DNA of 64,000 nt from the human T2T-CHM13v2.0 reference genome, Homo sapiens (GCA_009914755.4 CP068257.2:18784001-18848000); one strand, 5' to 3'. Shown: positions 50,901-64,000, counted from the first letter of the stretch. Program-made: numbers and translations. The notes: a model not told the origin generated them from the letters alone.

Positions 50901-52966
50901 TCAAGCCCATGACTTCTCATTGAAACTCTGATGGTTATACGTGATTATGGTAGTGTTGACTCACCCTCAGAGCTACTTACATTTTAAGTTTTACCTTTTT
51001 CAATAATAATAATGAAATAATGTTGATATATAATCACCATGTTCCACGTTTCATGGTTTAGCAAAATACATGGACAGAGAAAAAGTAAAGTTTGGCCAAT
51101 ATAACTTGGCTATAAAAGTCAGGCAGAGGTTCCTGTTTTCAGTAATCTAAGTAAATGGTCCACCAATAAAATACAAAAACTGAACTGACATACTTTAAAT
51201 CACTACAATACTCAATAAACATAAAGACTCACTATAAATTGTTATGCACACATTTGTATTTGCATCTATTGTTTTCACACAAGTGGGTGTGTGCAATTTA
51301 CAGAACGTTTCGTTTCCCTTTCCAAATGAGTTTACTCTCTTTGCATTTTAAATGGAAAATACAAGCAGACTGAGTTCTTTTACCTTCCATGTAGACTATA
51401 AAGACATGCTGTTTCCTTTATTCCATCTACAGTAGTCCGTCCTGTTTTCAAACACTTTTTAACAAAAAGAAGTATCAGCATTAATTCATTCATTATTTCC
51501 AATATTAGTAATATTCATAGATTATTTCGATGATATAATCAAGTTGCCCTGGAATCTCCTCTCCTCAACTGATTGTGGAGTGACAGCCATATTTTTAACC
51601 ACAAAATATTTCAAATCATGGATTATTTTGTTTAAATATAAGAATTTTTCTAGGGGTCACTAGAGGAATCTGAGTAGCCTGATAAAGGTATATACCAAAA
51701 CAAGCAGCTGTTTGCACTCTGTAATTAATGAAGTATCATAATCTATTACTCACCAAGAACATTAGACCATGGATAATTTGCTCACTGCTCTATGCCTTGC
51801 AATATATAGTGCCTAATATAACATAGATGCTCAAGCACTGTTTTTGAGTTGATGTGTAAGATACTTCTCCCAATTTGTCTAATAGTAGAATTTATGAATG
51901 ACCAGGGTCAACATAGGTGGAGTCATAGAACCATAACTCCAATCCATGTGTGCTTACATATAATAAGATCTCAGTTACTTTTTCTTGAATGATCAGGAGA
52001 TTAAACATAAACATGGCAAGTTTATGGGCAAGTAACCCCAAATTACTTAGAAGGAGGAAAAATTCTCAAAGCTACTTAGTGAATTATTTGAAAACAAATA
52101 AGTGTTCAGAGAAGAATGTTTTTTAAAATTCATAGTCCAGTGTTCTTCGTTTATGTAACAGAAAGGCAATGTTCTCTTACTCTTCCAAACCATAGCATTA
52201 GAAAATCAAGTCTCATATAGTCACAATTTTTAAAAAATATGAGAGCTAAGATGAAACTTATCTCAAAAAAATTTTCTCAGTAAAGACAGGAACTTGCAAT
52301 ATTGTGGTACTTTTCTGTCACAAACATGTCTGGTCTTCAGCACAGTCAATCCTCATTATAAGCAAATACATATTTGCAAATATGTCTACTCACTAAAATT
52401 TATTTGTAACCCTAAAATCAATAGTCACAGCGTGTTGCGGTCATTTGCAGATATGCATGAAATAGTGAAAAGTTTGATTCATTTGTCACTCTCCTCCCCA
52501 GCTGAGGTACAACAAGGCAATATTCTAGCTTCTTGTTTCATAACTCATAATGTAAATGTGCCTTTTTGTGAGATATTTGGTGCTACAGTTTTCACTTCTT
52601 TGGGGGGTGATTCCAGCTGTTTCAAAAGACCCCTAAACAACATTGGAGTGCTATGAAGTTTTTCTACGGGCAGGAAGACGGTGATGTGCCTTACAGAGAA
52701 ATTATGTGTTTAGTTAGGCTTCATTCAAGCATGAGTTAAGGTATTGGCTGTGAGTTCAATGTTAATTAATCAACAATATATATTAAGTAAGTTAACTTTA
52801 CAAAGAAATTTGTAAAAGAGGTTACGTACTGATCAGTTGATGAAATGTGACCAGAGGCTCCCAGGACCCCAAACTTGTATTTTCCTTGGGAACAATGATT
52901 CAGTATTCACTAATTCAGTGTTCATGGTGACTTTATAGAGCATAACAACCACAAACAATAAGATAT

Positions 52967-53246
52967 GGCCGGACGTGGTGGCTCACGCCTGTAATCCCAG
53001 CACTTTGGGAGGCCGAGGTCAGGAGATCGAGACCATCCTGGCTAACACGGTGAAACCCCATCTTTACTAAAAATAGAAAAAATCAGCTAGGCGTGGTGGC
53101 GGGCACCTGTAGTCCCAGCTACTCAGGAGGCTGAGGCAGAGGAATGGTGTGAACCTGGGAGTCAGAGCTTGCAGTGAGTCGAGCACGCCACTGCACTCCA
53201 GCCTGGGCTACAGAGCGAGACTCCATCTCAAAAAAAAAAAAAAAAA
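52967..53246 (+). mobile_element. AluY-like SINE with some CpG decay and a small internal deletion near GAGGCGGGCGGATCACG, and a poly-A tail of about 16 nt
   Basis: GGCCGGACGTGGTGGCTCACGCCTGTAATCCCAGCACTTTGGGAGGCCGAGGTCAGGAGATCGAGACCATCCTGGCTAACACGGTGAAACCCCATCTTTACTAAAAATAGAAAAAATCAGCTAGGCGTGGTGGCGGGCACCTGTAGTCCCAGCTACTCAGGAGGCTGAGGCAGAGGAATGGTGTGAACCTGGGAGTCAGAGCTTGCAGTGAGTCGAGCACGCCACTGCACTCCAGCCTGGGCTACAGAGCGAGACTCCATCTC followed by A16. Confidence 0.93.
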
Positions 53247-53424
53247 GTGACTGTATATCTCTTTACTTCATCTTGTGACGTGTTTGGAATAACTGAGATC
53301 TCACCTCACCTACACACACTCACACACAAATATAAATGCATTCGCATATACTTACTGCAAGAATATGAATTTATTCTGTATTTTTACCTCAACTGTGTAT
53401 ATATTCACTATAAGAGGATTAATT

Positions 53425-53718
53425 GTCTGGCACAGTGGCTCATGTATGTAATCCTAGCACTTGAGGAGGCCAAGGCAAGAGAATGGCTTGAAGCCAGGAG
53501 TTCAAGACCAGCTTAAGCAACAATGTTGTGTTTTTTAATTAGCCAGGTGTGGTGATACATACCTGTAGTACTAACTACTCAGCAGGCTGAAGTGGGAGGA
53601 TCACTTGAGCCCAGGACTTCAAGGCTGCAGAGAGCTATGATCATGCCACTGCTCTCTAACCTGGGCAACAGAGACAGAGGGAAATCATGTCTCCAAAAAG
53701 AAAGAAGAAGAACAAGAA
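53425..53718 (+). mobile_element. Older, diverged Alu SINE (AluJ/S-like) with a degraded A/GA-rich tail
   Basis: GTCTGGCACAGTGGCTCATGTATGTAATCCTAGCACTTGAGGAGGCCAAGGCAAGAGAATGGCTTGAAGCCAGGAGTTCAAGACCAGCTTAAGCAACAATG...AGCCAGGTGTGGTGATACATACCTGTAGTACTAACTACTCAGCAGGCTGAAGTGGGAGGATCACTTGAGCCCAGGACTTCAAGGCTGCAGAGAGCTATGATCATGCCACTGCTCTCTAACCTGGGCAACAGAGACAGAGGGAAATCATGTCTCCAAAAAGAAAGAAGAAGAACAAGAAG. ORF 53247..53516 partly overlaps it. Confidence 0.88.
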
Positions 53719-53943
53719 GATTAATAGCTACATAATTATTTCCTCTGGTAAAATTATTATCTTTGTCATAGCTATGCTACAGCATTTTAGGTACCACATG
53801 TAATCAATTCCAAATTACTAATGCTAGAGAGAAAAGGTAGACTATAGTGAATTGTTCCATCATTCTTACTGTAGAGAGCTATTGAGGCTTCCAATGAAAT
53901 GACTATGAGATCTTAGAGCAGCTAATAACATAAAAAAGGGGTA

Positions 53944-56279
53944 CAAGTATACCTTGTTTTATTGTGCTTTTCAGATGTTCCTTTTTTTGTTTTTTACAAA
54001 TTGAAGATTTGAGGCAACATCTGTCCAACAAGTATATCAGCACCATTTTTCCAACAGTATGTGCTCACTTCATAACCCTGTGTCACGTTTTTGTAATTCT
54101 TACAATATTTCAATCTTTATTATTATTATTATATGTAATTTTTGAAGTTACTATTGTAATCGTTTTGGAGCACAACAAACTACACCCATATAAGATGGCA
54201 AACTTAATCAATAAATATGTATGTTCTCACTGCTCCAGCTGCTGTTCATCTTCCAGTCTGTCTCTCTCTCTGTGGGCTTCTCTATTCCCCAAAACATAAA
54301 AATATTGAATTTAGACAAATTAACAATCCTACAATAGCTTCTAAATTTTCAAGTGAAAGGAAGAGTTGTGCCTATCTCACATTAAGTCAAACACTAGAAA
54401 TAATTAAGCTTAGTGAGAAAGGTGTGTCAAAAGCAGAGACAAACTGAAAGCTAGGCCTCCTGTGTTAAAGAGTTGGTCAAGTTGTGAATGTAAATAAAAA
54501 ATTATTGAAGAAAATTAAAAGCGCTATTCCAGCGATCACATGAATGATAAGAAGGTGAAATGGCCTTATTATTGATATGGAGAAAGTTTGAGTGGTCTAG
54601 ATGGAAGATCAAACTAGCCACAACATTCCCTTAAGCCAAAGCCTATCCAGATCAAGGCCTTACCTCTTTTCAATTCTATGACGGTAGGCTGCGAGAGGTG
54701 AGGAAGCTGAAGAAGAAAAGGTGGAAGGTAGCAGAGGTTGGTCCATGAAATGTAAGGAAAGAAGCCATCTCTGTAACATAAAAGTGTGGCAACAAGTGCT
54801 GATGTAGAAGGTACAGCAAGTTTTTCAGAAGATCTGGCTGAGATAATTGATGAAGAAAGCTCACTAAACAATAGATTTTCAGTGTAGCCAAAGCATCCTT
54901 CTATTGGAAGAAGTGCAACCTAGGACTTTCATAGCCAGAGAAGAGAAGTCAATGCCTGGCTTCAAATCTTCAAAGGATAGGCTGACTCTCTTGATAAGAC
55001 TAATGCAGATGACAAATGTAAGTTGAAGTCAATCTTCATTTACTATCTGAAAATAATAGAGCCCTTACAAATTATGCTAAATCTACTTTGCCTTTGCTCT
55101 AGAAATGAAAGAACAAAGTCTGGAGAACAGCACATCTGGTCACAGAATGGCTTACTGAATAATTTAAGTCCACTGTTGAGACCTACAGCTCAGAAAAAAA
55201 AAGTTTCAAAATATTCCTTCTCTTTAGCAATGCCTCTGGTCACCCAAGAGCTCTGATGAAGAAGCACAAAAGATTAATGTTGTTATACCTGCAAAAACAA
55301 TGTCCATATTGCATATTATGGATCAAGGAGTAATTACAACTTTCAAGTTTTATTATTTAAGAAATACATTTTGTAAGACTTTAGCTAGCATAGGTAATCA
55401 TTTCTTAGATAGACATGAGCAAAGTAAATTGAAACCTGAAAAGGACTCATCATTCTAAATGTCATTAAGGACATTTGTGTTTCACAGTAGAAGGTCAAAA
55501 TACCTACTTTAACAGAAGTCTGAAAACAGTTGATTACAACCCTCAAGGAAGACTTGAGGGGTTCAAGACTTCGACAGAGGAAGAAGTAATTGCAGATGTG
55601 GTGGAAATAGCAAGATAAATAGAATAAGAAGTGGAGCCTTAAGATGTGACTTAATTGCCACAATTTCATGATTAAACTGGAATGCACAAGGAGTTGGTTT
55701 ATATGGATGAGCAAAGAAAGTGGTTTCTTGAGATGGAATCTACTCCTGCTGAAGAGGCTGTGAACATAGCCAAAATGACAGCAAAGGGTTTAGAATATGG
55801 CTTAATTGATATTGCAGTGGCAGGTTTTGAGAGGACGGACTCTGATTTTAAAAGAGATTCTATTGTGAGTAAAATGCTATCAAATATTGTGGCATGCTAC
55901 AGAGAAATCTTGCATGAAGGGAACAATCGATGTTCCAAACTTCATTGTCTTATTCTCAGACACCGTCTCAGCCACCCTAAACTTCACCAACAACCATCCT
56001 GACCATTCAGCTGCCATCAACATCGAGGCATCATCCTCCATAAGCATACAGACTGTGACTGGCTGAAGGCTCAGATAATTGTTAGCATTTTTAACAATTA
56101 AGGATTGTACATTTTTTTAGACACAATGCTATTACACCCTTAATAGAGTACAGTATAGTGTAAATATAGCTTTTATATGCACTGGAAAACCAAAAAAATT
56201 GTGTGACTTGCTTTATCGCGATATTTGCTTTATTACGTTGATCTAGAACCAAACTGGCAATATCTCCAAGGTATGTCTA
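53944..56279 (+). mobile_element. Nearly full-length Tigger1 (TcMar-Tigger, pogo superfamily) DNA transposon of about 2.34 kb with terminal inverted repeats and flanking TA target-site dinucleotides; an ancient fossil
   Basis: The 5' terminus CAAGTATACCTTGTTTTATTGTGCTTTTCAG... matches CAGGCATACCTCGTTTTATTGCGCTTCGC. The 3' terminus ...GGCAATATCTCCAAGGTATGTCT matches ...CGCAATATCTCCGAGGTATGCCTG, the inverse of the 5' end. TA precedes the element at 53942-53943 and TA follows its end. The internal sequence is colinear with Tigger1 throughout. Confidence 0.88.
54334..56085 (+). pseudogene. Decayed Tigger1 pogo-type transposase coding region, about 1.75 kb, with an N-terminal CENP-B/HTH-like DNA-binding region and a DDE catalytic region. 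The start codon is mutated to ATA and there are multiple frameshifts and stops.
   Basis: Plus-strand ORF fragments read ...SKFSSERKSCAYLTLSQTLEIIKLSEKGVSKAE... (ORF 54217..54447, the N-terminal HTH region) and ...MDEQRKWFLEMESTPAEEAVNIAKMTAKGLEYGLIDIAVAGFERTDSDFKRDSIVSKMLSNIVACYREILHE... (ORF 55682..56002, the C-terminal region). The nucleotide sequence between is colinear with the Tigger1 transposase, for example ...AAGTCAATGCCTGGCTTCAAATCTTCAAAGGATAGGCTGACTCTCTTG... and ...GGTCACCCAAGAGCTCTGATGAAGAAGCACAAAAGATTAATGTTGTT.... The frame is broken repeatedly. Confidence 0.8.
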
Positions 56280-59200
56280 TAATTTCCAACCATATAATTT
56301 AATCCTGTTATTTACCAGTGAAGCAGGATTATGAATCATTGTGGTTCATCAAGAAAAATGGCCTTCCAAATTCAGCATTTGTATTATGCAAATAAATGTT
56401 CTATAGATTTACTTTTTTTTTATTTTGGAGTTTGCTGCATGGTTTCATATTTGTACATGATGCTCTTTAAACCAAACTGATAAAAACAGCATATTAAGTA
56501 ATACATTTTTGTTAGAACTTTCACTATTTGTATATATATTTTGAATATTTTTACTTAATATTATTTAATATAGAGAATAGTGTCCTCTAAATATAGCCTT
56601 GGAGACAAGAGTTCTGCCATTTTAGATTTAATTCATATGAACACCTTAACATTCCTAAATTCCATATTCTGTTACTAATTGCTACTTAGCATTCAATTTT
56701 CAATATCTTTGAATTTAAGCTCATAAGGCCCTTTGAAAATCTCCTGAAAGTAATTGTTTTGATGTAATGATGTCAGCTCATTACCTAATTCATCAAAGTG
56801 ACACTACATTTAATAGACTACCAAAGTATTAATGCCCTATTTCATGTAGAGATAAAAATCCAGAAAACGATCTAGTTAGAAAATCCAGTTAGAAAAAATT
56901 TGTAACTTGAAGCTTCTTGTTATGAAGTTTCCATGTCTATCTGTCATTTTCCACTGGCAATTCATAGTAAATGAAATTGAACAACGGCAGACAAAATTAT
57001 TTTTAAAGCTACACTAGTCCACTATATGTAATTAAATATGACCAACAAAAATTACATATTCCATTAATTATTTACATTGTATTTGCCTTTTGTTCAAGAA
57101 TTGCTAACCATATCAAAATTTTTCTGCTCACTTTTATTATTAGTTTTAAAATATAGAATGAATACCAATATCCCTAACTCCTGTATCTGTACCAAAACAT
57201 TTTTGGACAAGGTCATTGGTTGGTTAACTATTTTTCTTTCATCTCCAAATATGTAGAACTTTTTTTCTGAGTAATATTTGAGGAACAGAACTACAAATTC
57301 CACTAAGAACATGCTTTTCATATAAATTATTCTGATGAATCCAACAACTGCTCTCTATCTGCCCTGTGACCACCTGGCTGCAGCCATCCTCATCTCCTGG
57401 CTGTAGCCATCCTCATCTCCCCTCTGGAAAACTGCAAAATCCTTTTTTTAATCTGAGGTTCTACTTTAGTCCATTATCAACCATTGGTAGCTTAAAGACA
57501 AGTACTGTCCAGACAAAATACATTAAAACAGCTCGCACCCTTGCTTGGACATTTCAATGGTTTCTTTTTGTCCTTAGATGAAATTCCAAACCACTTTTTT
57601 AGAACATACTTCATGAGTCATCACCTGTTACAACTCAAGCATCAGTTTGTAGCATCCCCTCATTTTATTATTTTCTTATTAGAGTCCAGAAATACTTATA
57701 TTGTTGTTAATTTAACTCAAGCACATTCAAGCCCCGGGTGTTTGAACACTTTCTTTTCTTGGCATGCTGTTCTCTCTATCTTACTCCTAACATTTGATCA
57801 TCTCCTCACAGAGGCATTGCTGCAGCCTCTATACAGTACAGAACTATGACATCCCCAGTCACTCTCAGCTCACACTGCCTAACTTCCTTAGAAACAGGGC
57901 ATAAAGGCGCCATGAGGTCAGTCAGGAGTCCTGTTTTTGTCTTGTTTTGTTTTTCCTCTTGAAATATTCCAGGAAGGCCACTTATGAGAAATCCACGTTA
58001 AATGAACACTTCCACATACTATCTGTATTAGTGAAGACAACATTAGATTCTGTAAAAAAGAACCCCCCAAATTTCAATGGCTTGAGGGTTTATGATTTCT
58101 GTGACTGGCTAATTTCACTTAGCTTAATATTCTCAAGGTTCTTCCAGTGGTTACATACAGCAGATTTTCTTCTTTTTAAAAACTGAATAGTATTCTGTTT
58201 TATGTGCATATTGCATTTTCTTTACCCGCTCTCACAGCACCGTGCACTTAAAAATGTAAGAGAGTAGGTCTCATGTTGTTTTCTTAGCACAATTTTAAAA
58301 ACAAAATTTTATTCCTCACTCACCTAATTATGCAGTGTTTGTAATCAATAGGTTGATGTCTTTTTCACATTGACTGTTCTTTCATTGGGTAGCTTAGCCA
58401 TTAGGTGATTCTGCTGCCCAATGGAAACAAGAATCTCTGTAGAAACAGACTGTTTTTAGCACAAACTCTCTCACCTTAGGTTTTTTTATTTTTTGGTTTA
58501 GCTTAATTAAGCATAATACGGATTTTATTTTTTAAACAATGATATCTTAAAAATCTTTGTCTAGCAAAAGTCTTCTCAGCTCTATCCCTCTCCGTTTTTG
58601 TTACAATAACAAAAGATTTCATGCTTATATAATCTCACAGAGATAAAAAATATTAATTCATTGCAGTAAGTTTCTCAGTGGTCTGTCTTTTCTTCAGGGA
58701 TTTTATCCAACAAAGGAAACAATATTTTGAGATTTATCATATGCCAAAATCAGTAGAGTTCAATGGTCAAAAAAAAGTACAGACAATTTTAGAAACCACA
58801 ACAGAATGTGTCTCTATTTTACACATTCCACTGTTCAAAGGGCCTTTACATTCATAGTATATGTTGTGAAATAAACATATAATGCCAATCATTGTTCTAA
58901 TAATTGGAAGAATATCAGGTGCATAGTAGGTACTTATACTTGTGAGGTCTTATGCCAATAGCATAAGGTACCACTGAGGAGCCCACTCCGAACTTTACAT
59001 TAGACAAGATCTGTCAATCAGGTAATAATAAATTTTGCTGATAATTGCTCGACATTAGAATAAAAACAGAAATTAAAGTAAAAGTAAACAATTATAAAGG
59101 AAGACAGTATCCTTGTCCTTTTCGCACCAGATATCTGTATGTTTCTACTGTGGAAGGAGGTACATCAAACATTTTAAGCATGTACATTAAACATTTCTAC

Positions 59201-59413
59201 AGTGGAAGGAGGTACATCAAACATTTAACTCCATTCCTTCTGCTTCTGTGCTAATCTAACTTGTGATTTAATTCAGTTTTTCATACAAATGACAATAGTC
59301 ATGATTGGTGGCCCTGATAGCCACCAGTCATCAGAGCTACTGAAGTTCTCATTATGGAAAATATTTTTTTAATTTATTAATTACATATATTGTTGCTTTA
59401 GGTATATTTTGTT

Positions 59414-59422
59414 CTCTCTCTC

Positions 59423-59449
<27 letters not shown>
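59414..59449. repeat. Compound microsatellite (CT)5(GT)13
   Basis: CTCTCTCTCTCTGTGTGTGTGTGTGTGTGTGTGTGTGT. Confidence 0.95.
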
Positions 59450-59453
<4 letters not shown>

Positions 59454-62192
59454 AGCACTCAATAGCTGCTCATCTCAGGAATAGTGAAAAAATTGAGATT
59501 CTGAACCTATAAAATACATGATTGTACCATGTTGATGTTTCTCTTCTCTTTTTGTCTACAAACCAACACCTGTGTTCTTTGGGAAACATCAGGTCTTGCT
59601 CTTTTTTATTTTGTAAAGCTTTAGATGAAGGAAATAATAATACTCTTGTTTTCATAAGAAAAAAAGACTATAGTTCAATACCAGGATTTTAAAGGCGGTC
59701 TTATCACATGGTTTCTTCTGTGTAATGGATAAGGCAAGATGATCTACTAAGAGTGAATAGGTTTAAATATTTATGGATAATAGATTCTATTTGAGTAATT
59801 GCTGTAAAAAAGGTGAAAAGTAATTTCCAGGAAGTAGAGCAAAACAAGGTGAAAACAGAAAGAATTTGACAGCAGGTTTTAGGAACTATTACACTTGGTG
59901 ACAATAGGAGCACGGTAATTCATTCTTTTAAAAAAAAAAAATTCTCATAGCATGCTTCTTCTTCAGAAAAACTCAGAGATGGCTGATGATTAGGCACAGA
60001 GTGAGGTTGTTTTGTAAAAGACCAATCTGAGGGCAGTGAATTATGGAGTCAAAAAATGCCAGCAAAATGATAAATGAAGAGAAATACAAGAAGGTAAGGT
60101 CTATAGGAACCATTCTATTACCATCACCTCACACAGTATGTGATATGTTTTCGGTACCTAATTAATGAAACCTTAAGCTATATAAAGTTATAATCCAATA
60201 TTTCCATGTTTAGAAATTTATACCATAAAAATGCTTACACAATTATACAAATATGTGACTACAGAGATATAAGTAAAAACATTATTTGTAACAATAAAAT
60301 GCCAAAAATAAATATACACCATAATGTGGAATATTATTAAGTAGACATTAAAGTGAATATGAATCTACAGGTTAAAGAAAATTATGATCTTTCCTAAACC
60401 ATCATGAAGACTAGTTTATGCAATTATACAAAAGAATAAGACAAAAGAAATGGCTGGATATGGAATTGGTTATTTTCATGCCTACCTCTGAAAATGTTTG
60501 AAAACAGTAAACTTATTTTCTTCACTTTTCACGACCTAGAAAGTGGTGAAAATTTTTATAATAAAGGAAAATTTTTTCATTTTGTTATTAAAAATATTTC
60601 ACTGCCAACCTCAGTAAGAGTATATGAATAGAAAAAGGAAAACAGCATTTTAAATTTAATGAAATAGGAAAAAATAGTACATAATTATTTCTTTAGCTCC
60701 TTTTAAATAACTCTACTCTAAATGAATTCTTTGAGTAGTGTGGAAAAGGTAAAATCAATTCTTAAACTTTGTAATTTATATATCCTTTTGAAAACCTTTT
60801 TGAATGGTTCTGCTCAAGTGTGTTTCATTGGCAATGAAAATTATATGATTATATATAGATACCCTTGAATTCAGTAAGCAGGGTTTGTAACAAATCAGAA
60901 AATTGTATTTTAATTTGCAGTTTCTTCTTGATCTACTACTAATGAAAGTTTCACTGAATTATCTGCTTAAAGGTCAAAATGCTAATTAAGAGTTTCTCAT
61001 CAGTGATAATTCAGATATGTGGAAAAATGATGACATTAGGTCTTTGTCTTCTTGAGTTAACTTATTTTGTACTCGGTCTTCTCAAAATTCTGATAAAAAT
61101 GAAGACAGTTTATAATTAATACTTTCTGTTTCATAATACTTTCTGTTTCATTCAATAGACATTCCCCTTTAAAGGAACACATAAGGAGTTTCCCCCTTTT
61201 CTAATGTAACTTTATAATATACACCTTAATAAGCTAAATCTTGCAGACCACTTTTTAAACTACAAATATAATGCTATACTTTAGGTAGCATCTATAACAG
61301 TTACTCTTTCAAAAATATATGTTAAATTTTTAGAATTATTGATCTACCAATTTGACATTTCTACATCTAGGGAGAATAAATCATTTCATGTTTACTATTC
61401 TATCATATGTGATATATCATTTCAAAGTTCACAACATATACTAGTCTGTGTGTTAGATAGTTCATGGGACATGGATATCCATCCAAGCAAGTAACTATCC
61501 CTCTATATACAAATATAGCTATGGCTTACAAAACGAGGATACATTTTAAAAGGCCAGGTCATCTGATTTAAGCCATAAACATGTAAGTATACTTACCAAC
61601 AGTAAAGACTGTGTGTGCGCATGTGTGGTGTGCCTGATTGCTTGTGTGTGTAATCAAATTTATATTGTCTTACAATAACACTATACCTAAAAATACTTAT
61701 ACCACGACATGATCATGGTGGTAAAGTGATGGCATATTCCAAAGGCGTACTTTTAAAAGGTCTAACAGAGAAACAGTTGCAAAGGCTTTGACAAAGACTT
61801 AATGACTATCAATAAAGTATAGTGAATATCGTTGCCAATTGTAACCCTGAAAAATAGTACCCCAGTAAGAGTTATAATAGTGGAAGAAGGCTGCCCAATA
61901 GGGACTGTGTCTTTGGGACTGAAACAGCCCCTGCCAAAACCACAGCCTGAAGAAGAATGGCCAAAATGCTTCATGATTTCTTATCTTCTGATCTCTAATC
62001 ATCTGTTGTTAAACCCACTGGGCAAAGACAATTAAAATCCAGAGGGTAAGGAAATCCTTGATGCAGTCCATAGAGGTCAGTAGTAGAGAGGGGAAAGAAT
62101 GGAACTGGAGAGGAAAATGGAAAACATCTCTATTGTATTTACAGCATGTATTATGCTCATGGATTAGAAGAATCAACAAATAAAGGTGTCAG

Positions 62193-62219
62193 GGTTTTTT
62201 TTTTTTTTTTTTTTTTTTT
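62193..62219. repeat. Poly(T) homopolymer of about 27 nt
   Basis: GTCAGGG followed by T27 and then GATGTACATA. There is no Alu body next to it, so it is not an obvious SINE tail. Confidence 0.9.
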
Positions 62220-64000
62220 GATGTACATATAGATTAAGCACAAACCAATAAAATCTCTAGGGAAAAATGTTTATTGGAAACTACAACCTGAATTCTAAAA
62301 TATAGAAGACAAGGTGAACTGGAATAGCTCAATACTCCAATCAATTTCTCTGAAAAAGAAGAAAAAAGTTAAAGCAGCCACAGTACCTGATATCAATACT
62401 CATACATAAAACTACGAAAATCAAGATAGCATGGTATAGATGAAAGGACAATGAAACAGAACAGAGTATAGAAATAGACCCACATATGTAAGTCCTTAGT
62501 AAGAGGCCACAGAGTCCTTTTAGCACTAAAATAAATTATTGCAAAATAGTACACAGTTGATCAAAACTAAACAAATATTCTGTAGGTTTTCATTGTATTA
62601 AGTCTTAAAATAATATATTTAATTGAAAACACAGCTTCTAATGAGACAGGAATATCTCTAGTTTTTCCAATCATTACTTTTATCTATGGATGAATGTTAT
62701 TTATTTTCAGAATGAGACAAAATTTCAGTATTCTACTTCTCCCCACCCTTTTTAAAAACAACTCTAAGCACTTAATAAGTTGCTTTCATAAATAAATAAG
62801 TAGAAAGAAATGGAACAGACTTTTCATAACAATATAACATGTTTATTCTACGTTTTCCTAAATTATATCCAAAACTTACTACAATTTAATATAAAAATGT
62901 TTATTAGTAAATAATTAGATTAAGTTTTTTTAATTTTACTAAAATTATGATTTAGAAATAGCCTAAATTGAAAACGGATTTGATTAGTTCAATTCTTCCT
63001 TGTAAATATATCATTGACAGGAATTATCACATTTTTTAGAATTTTACACTGTAGGGCAGAATAACATTATAAATATGGGTAAAATATGTCATTCCCTTGA
63101 AAATCAGAACAAAAGTGGTCCTTTGTAAAGGATGCCTGAGTAAGGGATACTGGCATAGCCACTAGCCTATGGACCTTTTCTGATGCACATCAACTTTAGA
63201 AAATTGGACATTTAAATGTCCCAGTTTAAGACTATTGCTCTAAAGTAGAGTAGAGGGAAAACACTGTATCTACTCAGCATATAATGCTTTGATTTCCTCT
63301 GATTATAAAATATCCTGAGAAGACCCATTAATCAGTCATATATCTGCTGAAGCTCTTAAATGTCTTTAGTCCTTTAGGACACTCGAGTTTATAATTAAAA
63401 ACGAATTATGAAATCAAGATAATTACAAAATCATACCTTTAACAACATATTACAATTAATTCCAAAAAGAAAAAAAATCTACTTCAATTTGCCAAGAACC
63501 AATTAATATTAAATGCAGCATTACTTCTACCATTGTAACTTTAATTTGAGTATAAAAAAGAATAAGGACAATGAAAACATATTTTTGTCTTTCCTTCCTT
63601 ACTTCTCTCTTTTTTACCAAATGAAGGAAATAAATATATGAGAATGACATATACATTCACACATACACACAAAGGCACATTTATACATATATATTTGTCT
63701 ACTTACAAACCCACAAAGAAGCACACAAACACAAATTTACATATGACTAAAGTCAATTTAATTAGCTCCAAAGGAATGTTAATGTAGAAAGGAGTGAGGA
63801 AGAAAAGTCACCTAGATTGAGGAGATATTTCTACCAGAGGGACTTATGTCTTCTCTGCTCCTTCCTTCACTCAGTACTATGTATGTGAGAATCATAGAAA
63901 TAAAGGTGTCAGCATTTTGCTTATACTTTTTACTGTTACTATTGTTATTTTATGGTTTTCTTTTTCTTTTTTCTTTAAACATTTGTTTATCTGGGAAACA

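Noticed and set aside
62193-62219. T27 homopolymer as the reverse-complement poly-A tail of a retroelement
   Set aside because: No Alu, L1 or SVA body is recognisable on either side, since the flanks are unique AT-rich sequence. It is more likely a simple homopolymer expansion, although a heavily truncated retrocopy cannot be excluded without alignment.

Overview
This window is not prokaryotic DNA. It is AT-rich, gene-poor, repeat-dense human (catarrhine primate) nuclear DNA, and I found no novel biological system in it.

The identification rests on directly readable landmarks:
- Ten Alu SINEs, which are primate-specific, several with poly-A tails and target-site duplications (TSDs).
- A full-length but coding-dead L1 LINE at 10011-16672, with an AluY nested inside it.
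- Several older L1M/L1P fragments on both strands. One of them carries a nested young L1PA 3' fragment with a 13-bp TSD.
- THE1/MST (ERVL-MaLR) LTRs, including a head-to-head pair at 6130-7653.
- Three copies of one further LTR-like repeat family that I could not name.
- A nearly full-length Tigger1 (pogo-type) DNA transposon at 53944-56279 with a decayed transposase frame.
- Many long dinucleotide microsatellites.
- An intronless, polyadenylated, frameshifted copy of the keratin 18 mRNA, i.e. a KRT18 processed pseudogene, on the minus strand at about 2167-3485.

I could not identify any credible protein-coding exon, rRNA, tRNA, CRISPR array or operon-like structure by eye. Essentially every ORF in the six-frame track falls inside an interspersed repeat, the pseudogene or low-complexity sequence, so in a mammalian context the track is noise.

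The most interesting observations are structural. They are nested retrotransposition events with clean TSDs that date the insertions relative to one another, a young CpG-intact AluY that is a candidate insertion polymorphism, an L1 with an intact 5' UTR that is a candidate residual promoter, the head-to-head MaLR fragments, the KRT18 retrocopy that keeps a 203-codon open frame, and clusters of long, probably polymorphic compound microsatellites.

The coordinates below are from by-eye alignment to repeat consensus sequences and carry roughly 5-20 bp of uncertainty. Subfamily calls are approximate and should be confirmed with RepeatMasker/Dfam.
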